64,000 nucleotides of DNA from Acidobacteriota bacterium (GTDB lineage Bacteria; Acidobacteriota; JAAYUB01). Below, piece by piece: positions 28,267-37,452 of this stretch. The first letter of the stretch is position 1; each line of letters begins with the position of its first letter. Location of the stretch: NCBI GenBank assembly GCA_016935015.1, contig JAFGRT010000122.1, forward strand, positions 76,310 to 140,309, in the 5' to 3' direction. The notes beneath the pieces are model-generated. The model worked only from the letters and a program-made list of their open reading frames with translations, ran no database searches and was not told where the DNA came from. A program made the translations under genes and the position numbers.

Positions 28267-28698
28267 TTACCACTCCTTGCAGACGACAGAATCCGCCTCC
28301 TCCAGAAAACGTTTCAGTATCAGGGCCGCCGCCACGGCATCCGTATCGAATGGCTTCTTTTGCCGGGCTGTCTCTCGCACCGCTAGTAGCTCAAGGGCCT
28401 CCACCGTGGAATACCGCTCGTCCACCGCCAGCAGAGGCAAATGAAACTGCTTTTTTATTTTTTCAGCCAATCGCTCCACCCGCAGAACCGCATCGTTGAT
28501 ATCACCGGAAACATGCAGCGGGTAGCCGAGAACAATTCGGCCGACCTGCCATTCCTGGATCACGGTGCCGATCTCGGCCAGGTCGGCGCGGAAACTCCTC
28601 CGCCGGATGGTTTTGAAGGGACGAACCGTCAAGCCCAGGGCATCACTCAGAGCCAACCCGATGGTTTTTTCGCCGACATCCAACGCCAGGATTCTCAT
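28267..28698 (-). CDS. ruvX: Putative pre-16S rRNA nuclease / Holliday-junction-resolvase-like YqgF (RuvX)
   Basis: MRILALDVGEKTIGLALSD RNase H-like YqgF signature. 143 aa. Confidence 0.85.
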   Translation of the reverse strand: MRILALDVGEKTIGLALSDALGLTVRPFKTIRRRSFRADLAEIGTVIQEWQVGRIVLGYPLHVSGDINDAVLRVERLAEKIKKQFHLPLLAVDERYSTVEALELLAVRETARQKKPFDTDAVAAALILKRFLEEADSVVCKEW

Positions 28699-28932
28699 TG
28701 GGTTTTCCCGTTGCCCTTTTTCTGTTACCGCACGACGACCAATCTGCTTGCGAGCCGGACAACAGGTGTCTCAGTGTTGCCAAGAGATCACCCCGTTGTC
28801 TGACAATCGGGGGGCATTCCACCTCCTTCCGACCTCTTGTATTCTAGCCATATGCCGGAGTAATTAAAAGGACAAATGTCTTTTCTCCATCCGATGCATC
28901 TAGTATAATAACAACCTTTGAGAGGTGCCCTT

Positions 28933-30186
28933 ATGTTCGATCGAGGAAAACTCATCATCATCCTTCTCTCGGCGGTGGTGGTATTGTATACCGTCGTTGG
29001 CGGTTTTCTCGGCAAGGCCATTGCCGAAGACGAAACTTTCAAGAATCTGTCCATCTTCCAGGACATTCTGAAAAAAATCTCCCGCGAATACGTAGAACAC
29101 CCGGAAATGACCCATCTGAAACATGGTGCATTGGAAGGGTTGGTTCAAGGGACGGACTTTTTCTCCAGCTTCCTAAGTCCCGAGGAGTACCGGTTCGTGC
29201 GGGAGAGAATGACGGCCGTGGGTGAGACCGGTCTGATCCTTTCCCCCCGCACCGGGTATTACCGGATCATGCAGGTTCTGCCCGGCACACCTGCCGCGAA
29301 GGCCGGCCTGTTGCCGGGGGAAATCATCGAGGAAGTCGACGACGTCGGCATCAGTGAAAAGACATACATTTACACCCAGGCCTTTCTGCGCGGCCAGCCC
29401 GGCTCCTCGGTAAAACTGGGCATTTCCCGCGGCCGCGAGGAAGAACTGTTCGAAGTCACCCTCAAACGGGCACCGCTCGTCGCAGTGCCAGTGGAGACCA
29501 AAATCCTGCGGCCGGGCATCGGCTATCTGCGGTTGCTGCAGATTCACAGTGCCTCGTTGCCGGAGGTAGAGAAAGGGTTGAAAACGCTTGTGAACAGTGA
29601 TGTAAAGAAACTGGTGCTGGATCTGCGGGGCTGCAGCAACGGTGAACCAGCCGCGGCGATCACCATCGCCGACATGCTCATCGACGAGGGCATCATCACC
29701 ACCCAGAAGGGCCAAAGTATAGCTGATACAACATTTACTGCATCCCCCGAGAAGACTTTGTTTCAGGGGCCCATCGCCGTTTTGACCAATGGCTACACCA
29801 ACGGCGCTGCCGAAATCATTGCCGCCGCCCTCCGCGAGCGCTCCGATGGCACCGTGATTGGACAGAAAACATACGGCACCGCCTCGGAGCAGAAATATTT
29901 CGAGCTGGAGGATGGCTCGGCCATTTACCTTACCTATCTCATCTATCATTCACCGGCGGGGGATCCCATCATGGCCGAAAAATTCTCGAACTCCGGCGTC
30001 AAGCCCGAAGTTAAATCACCAGAAGAGGATTTCGCCCTGTCCCTCTACATCGACTATGAAATGGCTACGGGCGATGAGGCGCAGGAATTTTACAAAAAAT
30101 ATATCGATACAGTCTATCAACGCCAGCTGGAAAAAGCCGTCGAGGTGCTGGAGACGGACGCCCAACCAATCGAAAAAACCGCCTGA
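28933..30186 (+). CDS. S41-family C-terminal processing peptidase homolog (PDZ + S41 fold), apparently lacking the catalytic Ser/Lys dyad
   Basis: N-terminal TM, PDZ region, and an S41 core. Aligning GPIAVLTNGYTNGAAEIIAAALRERSDGTVIGQKTYGT to E. coli Prc FSASASEIFAAAMQDYGRALVVGEPTFGKG places Gly at the Ser430 position and Thr at the Lys455 position. Confidence 0.7.
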   Translation: MFDRGKLIIILLSAVVVLYTVVGGFLGKAIAEDETFKNLSIFQDILKKISREYVEHPEMTHLKHGALEGLVQGTDFFSSFLSPEEYRFVRERMTAVGETGLILSPRTGYYRIMQVLPGTPAAKAGLLPGEIIEEVDDVGISEKTYIYTQAFLRGQPGSSVKLGISRGREEELFEVTLKRAPLVAVPVETKILRPGIGYLRLLQIHSASLPEVEKGLKTLVNSDVKKLVLDLRGCSNGEPAAAITIADMLIDEGIITTQKGQSIADTTFTASPEKTLFQGPIAVLTNGYTNGAAEIIAAALRERSDGTVIGQKTYGTASEQKYFELEDGSAIYLTYLIYHSPAGDPIMAEKFSNSGVKPEVKSPEEDFALSLYIDYEMATGDEAQEFYKKYIDTVYQRQLEKAVEVLETDAQPIEKTA

Positions 30187-30235
30187 ACCACACTCGCGGA
30201 GTCTGCCACCTGCCAACCCAGGAACCGGTCGTGAC

Positions 30236-31018
30236 ATGATTTGGAATTCATTCGAAAAAATCATCGAACCCGATTCGCCCGAAGCGGAGATGCTGGCGCG
30301 GATTGATCCCCAACGAATTCCCCGGCATGTGGCCGTGATCATGGATGGAAACGGCCGCTGGGCCGCGGCCCGCAGCCTGCCCCGCATCGAGGGGCATCGC
30401 GCCGGTGCGGATTCCGTCAAGGAAATCACGGAAACTTCGGTGCGCCTGGGTGTGCACTATCTCACCCTCTACGCCTTCTCCGTCGAGAACTGGAAACGGC
30501 CGATCACGGAGGTCAACGAGCTGATGCGGCTCTTGCGGCGTTATGTCCGGGAAGATCTGCCGACCCTCATGAAACACAAGATTCGGTTGAAGGCTTTGGG
30601 CCGCCTTCATGAACTCGACTACAAGACCCGGACGCTCGTGGAAAAAGCCATTCACCATTCCCGCGACAACACCGGCCTACAGCTGAATATCGCTCTCAAC
30701 TACGGCGGACGGACCGAACTGGTGGACGCCATGCGCGCCTTGGGTCGCCTCTGCACCGACGGCGGGCTGAAACCCGAAGATATCGACGAATCCACCATCG
30801 GCCGGCACCTGTATACTGCCGGCATCCCCGAACCGGATTTGCTGATCCGCACCAGCGGCGAATATCGCATCAGCAATTTTCTGTTGTGGCAAACGGCCTA
30901 CACCGAGTTTTATTTTACCCCGGTGCTCTGGCCGGATTTTCGTAAAATTCATTACTTCGAAGCCATTATCGATTTCCAACAGCGGGAGCGCCGGTACGGT
31001 GGCGTGAAAAACGTCTGA
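30236..31018 (+). CDS. uppS: Ditrans,polycis-undecaprenyl-diphosphate synthase
   Basis: HVAVIMDGNGRWA and the C-terminal RYG motif are present. Trimmed from track ORF 29858..31018. Confidence 0.9.
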   Translation: MIWNSFEKIIEPDSPEAEMLARIDPQRIPRHVAVIMDGNGRWAAARSLPRIEGHRAGADSVKEITETSVRLGVHYLTLYAFSVENWKRPITEVNELMRLLRRYVREDLPTLMKHKIRLKALGRLHELDYKTRTLVEKAIHHSRDNTGLQLNIALNYGGRTELVDAMRALGRLCTDGGLKPEDIDESTIGRHLYTAGIPEPDLLIRTSGEYRISNFLLWQTAYTEFYFTPVLWPDFRKIHYFEAIIDFQQRERRYGGVKNV

Positions 31019-31032
31019 GTTCATAACACAAC

Positions 31033-31842
31033 ATGTGGAAACGAATCCTGTCAGCTCTGGTTCTCATTCCCGCCGTTCTCGCCATCATGGTCTGGGCTCC
31101 GCTCTGGCTTTTTACCCTGGTGGTTTATCTCATTTGCCTGCTTGCCTTTCATGAATTTATCCGCATGGGGCGAAACATCTTTACCGGCTATCGTTTCGGC
31201 CCGGTTTATATACCGGCCGTCCTGGCGGGCGGGGTGGCCATCTATCCCTGGATCGCCGATCATCGCCTCATGGCCCTGCTGGCTTTTTTCCTCATGGCCG
31301 GCGTCACCAGCGTGCTGCTAGCTTCGTGCGTTGAGGAAATCATGACCTTGCTGGCCTGGCCGTTGCTGGGTTTTGTTTACATCTATATCCTTTTTTCCTA
31401 TGTTGTGGATATCCGGTTTTCCTTTGCTCCGGAGAAAGGGCTGCTGTTGCTGCTCTTCTTTCTTCTCATCCAATGGGTCGGCGACACGTTTTCCTATCTC
31501 ACGGGGATGGCCTTCGGCCAACATCGTCTCGCCCCGGCCATCAGCCCCAAAAAGACCCTGGAGGGCACCATCGGCGGATTGGCGGGGAGCGCCTCCGTCG
31601 GCTGGCTGCTGACCGTAGTCGTTCTGACGGACGCCTCACCTTGGCTAGGTCTCCTGTTCGGGCTTCTGGTGGGCGGTTTCGGCCAGTTGGGCGACCTGCT
31701 GGAATCCCAGCTGAAAAGAACCTGTAAAGTCAAAGATTCATCCAATCTCATACCCGGTCACGGAGGTGTTCTGGACCGTCTGGATTCCCTGATATTCACA
31801 GCCCCGCTCTACTTCGGAGTGCTGAAATATTGGCTGATCTGA
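31033..31842 (+). CDS. cdsA: Phosphatidate cytidylyltransferase
   Basis: CTP_transf_1 signature (KDSSNLIPGHGGVLDRLDS). Confidence 0.85.
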   Translation: MWKRILSALVLIPAVLAIMVWAPLWLFTLVVYLICLLAFHEFIRMGRNIFTGYRFGPVYIPAVLAGGVAIYPWIADHRLMALLAFFLMAGVTSVLLASCVEEIMTLLAWPLLGFVYIYILFSYVVDIRFSFAPEKGLLLLLFFLLIQWVGDTFSYLTGMAFGQHRLAPAISPKKTLEGTIGGLAGSASVGWLLTVVVLTDASPWLGLLFGLLVGGFGQLGDLLESQLKRTCKVKDSSNLIPGHGGVLDRLDSLIFTAPLYFGVLKYWLI

Positions 31843-31864
31843 GACCGGTGCGACGGAACGGCAG

Positions 31865-33037
31865 ATGAAAGCGATCACCATATTAGGTTCAACCGGCTCT
31901 ATCGGCACCAGCGCCCTCGACGTCATCCGCTCCCAGCGGAACATCTTCCGGGTGGCCGGCCTGGCCGCCGGCCGGAACATGCGGGCACTGGCCGAACAAA
32001 TCCGCGAATTCGAGCCGGAATGCGTTTCGGTGCTGGATGATGTTGTCGCCACCCAACTGCGTTCGCTGCTGGCTGCGGCGGATTACCCCCCGGACCGCAC
32101 CGAAATCCTGAGCGGTGAGGCCGGAACCTGCGCCGTGGCGGCTCTGCCCGCCGCGGAGGTGGTGATTTCCAGCATGGTGGGTTTTTCCGGTCTGAAACCG
32201 ACCTATCACGCCATCCAGGCCGGCAAGGATATCGCCCTGGCCAACAAGGAGGTCCTGGTGGCGGGCGGGGAATTCATCACCCGGGCCGCCCGACAATGCA
32301 ATGTCAGGCTCGTCCCTGTCGACAGCGAACATAACGCCATTTTTCAATGTCTCCGCGGCGAGAGCACGTCCGAAATCAAGACCATTTGGCTGACGGCCTC
32401 GGGCGGTCCCTTTCGCACTACGCCCCTTGACCAGCTGGTAACGGTGTCGCCGGAGGAGGCCCTCCGTCACCCCACCTGGCGGATGGGACCGAAAATAACC
32501 ATCGATTCGGCCACCATGATGAACAAAGGGTTGGAAATCATCGAGGCTCACTGGCTGTTTGGCCTACCGGCCGATGCCATCCAGGTGGTGGTGCATCCCC
32601 AGTCGACCATTCATTCCATGGTGGAGTTTCAGGACGGATCGTTTATCGCCCAGCTGGGGGTCACCGACATGCGGTTGCCCATCCATTACGCCCTGCACTA
32701 CCCGGCCCGGGCGCCGTTCAACGGCCGGCGGATGGATCCCTTCACCCTCGGCGCGCTGGAATTCCATGCCCCGGATTTCGAAAAATTCCCCTGCCTCACC
32801 CTCGCTTACCAGGCGCTGCGTCAGGGTGGATCCCTGCCCACAATTCTCAACGCGGCCAATGAAGTGGCGGTGGCGGCCTTCCTGCGCGCAGATATCCGGT
32901 TCACGGACATCCCTCGGATTATCGGCGACACCCTGGCGGCCCTGGCCGGCCAAGAGGCCCGAACCCTGGAAGACATTCTCCATCTGAACGAACGCTCCCG
33001 GCAGAGCGCTTACCGGATCGTTCGGGATCTCAAATGA
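31865..33037 (+). CDS. dxr: 1-deoxy-D-xylulose-5-phosphate reductoisomerase
   Basis: N-terminal GSTGSIG NADPH motif. 390 aa. Confidence 0.9.
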   Translation: MKAITILGSTGSIGTSALDVIRSQRNIFRVAGLAAGRNMRALAEQIREFEPECVSVLDDVVATQLRSLLAAADYPPDRTEILSGEAGTCAVAALPAAEVVISSMVGFSGLKPTYHAIQAGKDIALANKEVLVAGGEFITRAARQCNVRLVPVDSEHNAIFQCLRGESTSEIKTIWLTASGGPFRTTPLDQLVTVSPEEALRHPTWRMGPKITIDSATMMNKGLEIIEAHWLFGLPADAIQVVVHPQSTIHSMVEFQDGSFIAQLGVTDMRLPIHYALHYPARAPFNGRRMDPFTLGALEFHAPDFEKFPCLTLAYQALRQGGSLPTILNAANEVAVAAFLRADIRFTDIPRIIGDTLAALAGQEARTLEDILHLNERSRQSAYRIVRDLK

Positions 33038-33139
33038 AACGGCGCCTTCACGGTGTCAACCGATCCGGGGTTTATCCGGGACCCGGTTTGTGATAAGTTC
33101 TCCATTGTGCCGAATCCAGAATGAGGAAACAAAGCCCCC

Positions 33140-34720
33140 ATGGATACCTTGATTGCAATTTTTTCGTTTGTCATCATCCTTGGCGTCATCATCTTCCTGC
33201 ATGAGCTGGGGCATTTCATCGCCGCCCGCTTGTTCCGGATTCGCGTGGAAACATTCTCCCTCGGTTTCGGCAAGCGGCTCTGGGGTTTCGAAAAAAACGG
33301 CGTGGATTATCGCATCAGCATGATCCCCTTGGGCGGTTATGTGAAGATGGCGGGTGAATACTTCGGAGAATCCCGCGGCGGCGACCCTGACGAGTTTCTC
33401 TCCAAGCCGCGCTATCAGCGGGCCATTGTCTCCTTTGCCGGTCCCTTCATGAATTTTCTTCTGGCCGTCTTTCTTCTGACGGCGAACAACGTCATCGGCG
33501 TAGACATGCCCGGTTTCACCCGTGAACCGGCCCGCGTGGGCGACATCGTCGCCGGTTCGCCGGCCGCCGCCGCCGATTTGGAAGTCGGCGACGAGATCAT
33601 CCGCCTGGGAAACGACGCCGTCACCGACTGGCAGGATTTCCAGCTCGAGGCTATTTCGGCGGCCAATGAGACGGTCGCCCTTGAGATCCGTCGCCATGGC
33701 CGCCTTATGCAGACGGAGATCCGCATCGGCGAGGACCTTCAGGATCCGTACAATATCTCTGGTATCAAGCCTTTCGTCCCGGCCAGGATTCAGCAGGTCG
33801 CGCCGGATTACCCGGCCGCCGCGGCCGGTCTGCAGAGTGGTGACGTCATCGCGTGGGTATCCCACGACAATGAATCGGCCAGCGGCTACTTCCACATCTT
33901 TCGTTTCATCTGGAACCGTCCCGGCAAGAAACTCACCTTGCAGGTGCAGCGGGGGGAGCGGACGCTGGAAAAGGTGGTCTATTCGGCGGCGGAAGTCGTC
34001 TCCGTGCCGGAAGGTTCTCCGGCGCAGGGCATGGGCCTGCAGGTCGGGGACATCATTCAGTCTCTCACCCGGGATGACCGCGTCGCCGACCATTTCCCGG
34101 AAATCGTGCAGTGGCTGCACGAAGACTGGTCACCGACCATGTCCCTGGTCGTCCTCCGGAAAAGTAAACCGGTCACCCTGGACGTCCCCCCGACGGCGGC
34201 CGATACCCTGTCCGCGGCCTTGGTGCATCCGGAACAGGCGGAGCCAGAGTCGACGTTCATGGTCCGCGGTGTACTGGGATTCAGTTTTGACTTCGCCTTC
34301 TACAAGGAACAGTATCCCCTTCCCCAGGCCTTGGTGAAATCATTCCGCGACAATTATGAACTGGTACTCCTGACCTACCGGATCCTCGGCAAGGTGCTCA
34401 CGGCGGAACTGTCCCTGAAACAATTCCAGGGACCCATCGGCATCGCCCAAGCGACGGGTGAGGTGGTTAAAACAGGGAAATGGACCAACATATTCGCCTT
34501 TAGCGCCTTGATCAGCATCAACCTGGCCATTCTGAACCTGCTGCCTATCCCGGTGTTGGACGGCGGCATGTTGTTGCTGCTCCTGATCGAGATGGGCCTG
34601 CGCCGTGATCTGCCCCTCCGTCTCAAGGAGCGGATCATCCAGATCGGTTTCCTGATCCTCATCACCTTCATGGCCGTGGTGGTGATGCTGGATATTATGA
34701 AATCCTTCGGGGGAACATAG
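33140..34720 (+). CDS. rseP: RIP zinc metalloprotease RseP (site-2 protease) with tandem PDZ domains
   Basis: HELGHFIAA HExxH motif in TM1, a C-terminal LDG motif, PDZ regions. Confidence 0.85.
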   Translation: MDTLIAIFSFVIILGVIIFLHELGHFIAARLFRIRVETFSLGFGKRLWGFEKNGVDYRISMIPLGGYVKMAGEYFGESRGGDPDEFLSKPRYQRAIVSFAGPFMNFLLAVFLLTANNVIGVDMPGFTREPARVGDIVAGSPAAAADLEVGDEIIRLGNDAVTDWQDFQLEAISAANETVALEIRRHGRLMQTEIRIGEDLQDPYNISGIKPFVPARIQQVAPDYPAAAAGLQSGDVIAWVSHDNESASGYFHIFRFIWNRPGKKLTLQVQRGERTLEKVVYSAAEVVSVPEGSPAQGMGLQVGDIIQSLTRDDRVADHFPEIVQWLHEDWSPTMSLVVLRKSKPVTLDVPPTAADTLSAALVHPEQAEPESTFMVRGVLGFSFDFAFYKEQYPLPQALVKSFRDNYELVLLTYRILGKVLTAELSLKQFQGPIGIAQATGEVVKTGKWTNIFAFSALISINLAILNLLPIPVLDGGMLLLLLIEMGLRRDLPLRLKERIIQIGFLILITFMAVVVMLDIMKSFGGT

Positions 34721-34729
34721 CCGCGCATC

Positions 34730-35824
34730 ATGTCCGCCATACACCGTCGCAAGACACGAACCGTCGCCGTCGGCTCCCTGACCATCGGGGACCCCGCGCC
34801 TGTCACTGTACAATCCATGACCAATACCGACACCCGGGACGTGACGGCGACACTGTCCCAAATCCGCCGGCTGGAAGGGGTCGGCTGCGAGATCATACGA
34901 TTGGCCGTCCCTGATCAGGCGGCGGCCGATGCCCTGCCGGCCATCCGGGCGGAGGTGAAAACGCCGCTGGTGGCCGATATTCATTTCGATTACCGCCTGG
35001 CTCTGGCCGCCTTAGACGCGGGCGTGGACAAGCTGCGCCTCAACCCCGGCAACATCGGCGACCCGCCGCGCGTCCGGCAGGTGGTCTCAGAAGCAAAACG
35101 AAGGCGGATCCCCATCCGCATCGGTGTCAACGCCGGCTCCCTGGCCCGCCCGCTTCTCCGCAAATACGGCCACCCCTGTGCCGAAGCCTTGGTGGAGAGC
35201 GCCCTCCAGCATGTGGCCATCCTCGAAGATCTGAATTTTCGGGACATCGTCATCTCCCTCAAAGCGTCGAACGTGGCCATGTGCGTGGCCGCCTACCGCC
35301 TCATGGCCCGGCAGACGGACTACCCTCTCCATCTGGGCATCACCGAGGCCGGCACCTTCCTGACAGGCACCATAGCCTCGGCCGCCGGCATCGGCGCTCT
35401 TTTGCTGGACGGCATTGGCGACACCATCCGCGTGTCGCTCACGGCGCCGCCCGAAGAAGAGGTGCGGGTCGGTTTCCGTCTTTTGCGGGTGCTGGACGTC
35501 CGCCGGCACGGGCCCCGTTTTATTTCCTGTCCCTCCTGTGGCCGGACCACTGTGGACCTCGTGGGTCTTGCCAATGCCATCGAAGAGCGACTGGCCTGGG
35601 TGACGCAACCCGTCACCATCGCCGTCATGGGCTGCGAGGTCAACGGACCGGGTGAGGCCGCCGAGGCGGACATCGGCTTGGCTTGCGGCCGCAAGGCATC
35701 GCTGATATTCCAAAAAGGGGCGGTAGTAAAAAAAATAACCAACGATCACCTGGTGGAGGAGTTTGTGCGCGAGGTGGCGGTGTTTCTCCACAAACGGGAG
35801 GAGTCGTCCTCATGCGGGGAGTAG
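34730..35824 (+). CDS. ispG: 4-hydroxy-3-methylbut-2-en-1-yl diphosphate synthase
   Basis: GcpE family, with C-terminal CPSCGR...CxxNG Fe-S cysteines. Confidence 0.9.
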   Translation: MSAIHRRKTRTVAVGSLTIGDPAPVTVQSMTNTDTRDVTATLSQIRRLEGVGCEIIRLAVPDQAAADALPAIRAEVKTPLVADIHFDYRLALAALDAGVDKLRLNPGNIGDPPRVRQVVSEAKRRRIPIRIGVNAGSLARPLLRKYGHPCAEALVESALQHVAILEDLNFRDIVISLKASNVAMCVAAYRLMARQTDYPLHLGITEAGTFLTGTIASAAGIGALLLDGIGDTIRVSLTAPPEEEVRVGFRLLRVLDVRRHGPRFISCPSCGRTTVDLVGLANAIEERLAWVTQPVTIAVMGCEVNGPGEAAEADIGLACGRKASLIFQKGAVVKKITNDHLVEEFVREVAVFLHKREESSSCGE

Positions 35825-36261
35825 TCCAGCGGGTATCCGGGGCGGACGTGCGGGTGGACGGCGAATCCGTCGGCCGCATCGGCCCGGGCATTCTCCTGCT
35901 GTTGGGTATCGCCGCCGACGACACCCCGGCGGACGCCGATTACATCCTCAAGAAGACCATTGAACTGCGCATTTTCCCTGACAGTGAAGGCAAGATGAAC
36001 CGTTCGCTGCTGGATACCGGTGGCGAGCTGCTGGTGGTCTCCCAGTTCACCCTCTACGGGGACTGCCGCAAGGGCCGCCGTCCCTCTTACTCCCATGCCA
36101 TGGAGCCCCGCGCGGCTGAATCCATGTACGAGGAATTCATGAAGCGGGCGCGACAGCTGCCCCTTAGGGTTCAGGGAGGCGAATTTCAGGCCATGATGGA
36201 TGTCCGTCTGGTCAACGATGGCCCGGTCACTCTGCTGCTGGACAGCCGCAAGGTCTTCTGA
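35812..36261 (+). CDS. dtd: D-aminoacyl-tRNA deacylase
   Basis: SQFTLYGD motif. Trimmed to the ATG at 35812 (overlaps the ispG end). Confidence 0.85.
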   Translation: MRGVVQRVSGADVRVDGESVGRIGPGILLLLGIAADDTPADADYILKKTIELRIFPDSEGKMNRSLLDTGGELLVVSQFTLYGDCRKGRRPSYSHAMEPRAAESMYEEFMKRARQLPLRVQGGEFQAMMDVRLVNDGPVTLLLDSRKVF

Positions 36262-36289
36262 TCAGAAAGTCAGCACTCCGAACCGGGAT

Positions 36290-37159
36290 TTATTTGGGCA
36301 GCATTCCCCAGGCGATGGCCCCCGGCCCGGCATGGGCGGCGATGGTGGGTCCGCATTCAGCCAGGCGCACTTCTTCCACCGGCATATTCAGTTCTTCCGC
36401 CACTTTTTCCTGCATCATCTTCGCATCAGCCGGGGCATCGACGTGGGCGATCCAGAGGGCAACGGGGCTGTGCTGCAATTCCTTGATGGTCTTGGCCCTT
36501 TCCACCAACATCTCCAGCGCCGCCTGACGGCCACGGGCCCGGTCCACCGGGATCAGTCGTTTATTCTCCAGGTGAATGACGGGTTTGATATTCAATATGT
36601 TGCCCATGAACGCCGCCAGGGCGCTGACGCGGCCCCCCTTGCGCAGCCAGGTGAGATTGTCGACGGTAAAACAGAAATAACTGTCGGCCATATACCGCTG
36701 CAGATAGGTCTCCAGCTGATCGAGGTTTTCCTCTCGGTGCAGGAATTCCGCCGCTTTCTGGACGAGCATGGCCTGGGTGACGCACAGGGAGCCGGTGTCG
36801 ATCTGACGGACACGTTCGGCGAGATTCTGTTTTAAAAACTGCCGCGATCCGCCGGCACTGGCAACACACCCGGAGAGTTCCGACGAAATGTGAAACGAGA
36901 TGACCTGGTCGTAATCCTGCAAGAGCTTTTCGTACATGGCGGCGTATTCGCCGGGGTACGGCGGAGCCGTTTTCACGTCGGCGCGTTTGTGCAGATGCTC
37001 CAGAAACTCATTCCGCTGCAGCGAAATGCCGTCCAGGTAATCGTGGCCCTCCACGAATACGTGAATCGGCATCAGATGGAGCCCGTATTGCTCCACCAGG
37101 CCCGGCGGGAAGTCAGCCGTGCTGTCCACCAGTATTCCAGTTTTTTTCACCTTGGACAC
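36290..37159 (-). CDS. DegV-family fatty-acid-binding protein
   Basis: 289 aa of DegV/EDD-fold length, with an N-terminal GILVDSTAD motif. Confidence 0.8.
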   Translation of the reverse strand: MSKVKKTGILVDSTADFPPGLVEQYGLHLMPIHVFVEGHDYLDGISLQRNEFLEHLHKRADVKTAPPYPGEYAAMYEKLLQDYDQVISFHISSELSGCVASAGGSRQFLKQNLAERVRQIDTGSLCVTQAMLVQKAAEFLHREENLDQLETYLQRYMADSYFCFTVDNLTWLRKGGRVSALAAFMGNILNIKPVIHLENKRLIPVDRARGRQAALEMLVERAKTIKELQHSPVALWIAHVDAPADAKMMQEKVAEELNMPVEEVRLAECGPTIAAHAGPGAIAWGMLPK

Positions 37160-37452
37160 TCCGTTGGATCAAGGATATCTGCCTTTCGATCTCGGCCAAA
37201 CGAAATCATATTATAGTGATCCTTGACCGTGGCATCAAGCCATGTTGTTGAGCGAACCTGTCAATTTGCGTGTTCATTGGCTTTGACTTGATTCCGGCCA
37301 TGTGCTATAAATTATCCACTCTGTCGCGTACAAGGCCGGATGCAAACAACAACACCGCATGACCACTGCTTGACTGCCCGATTCGAATATTGCACAGGCA
37401 GAAACCGGTCTGTACATGATGGCCCATGGACATCCATCGCAAGGAGAATCAT

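Noticed and set aside
29858-30235. Long N-terminal extensions of track ORFs 29858..31018, 35683..36261, 41500..42600 and 6262..7365
   Set aside because: The extensions overlap the preceding genes in other frames and lack similarity. Internal ATGs with good ribosome-binding sites match the canonical N-termini of UppS, Dtd, the 2-HADH and HldA.
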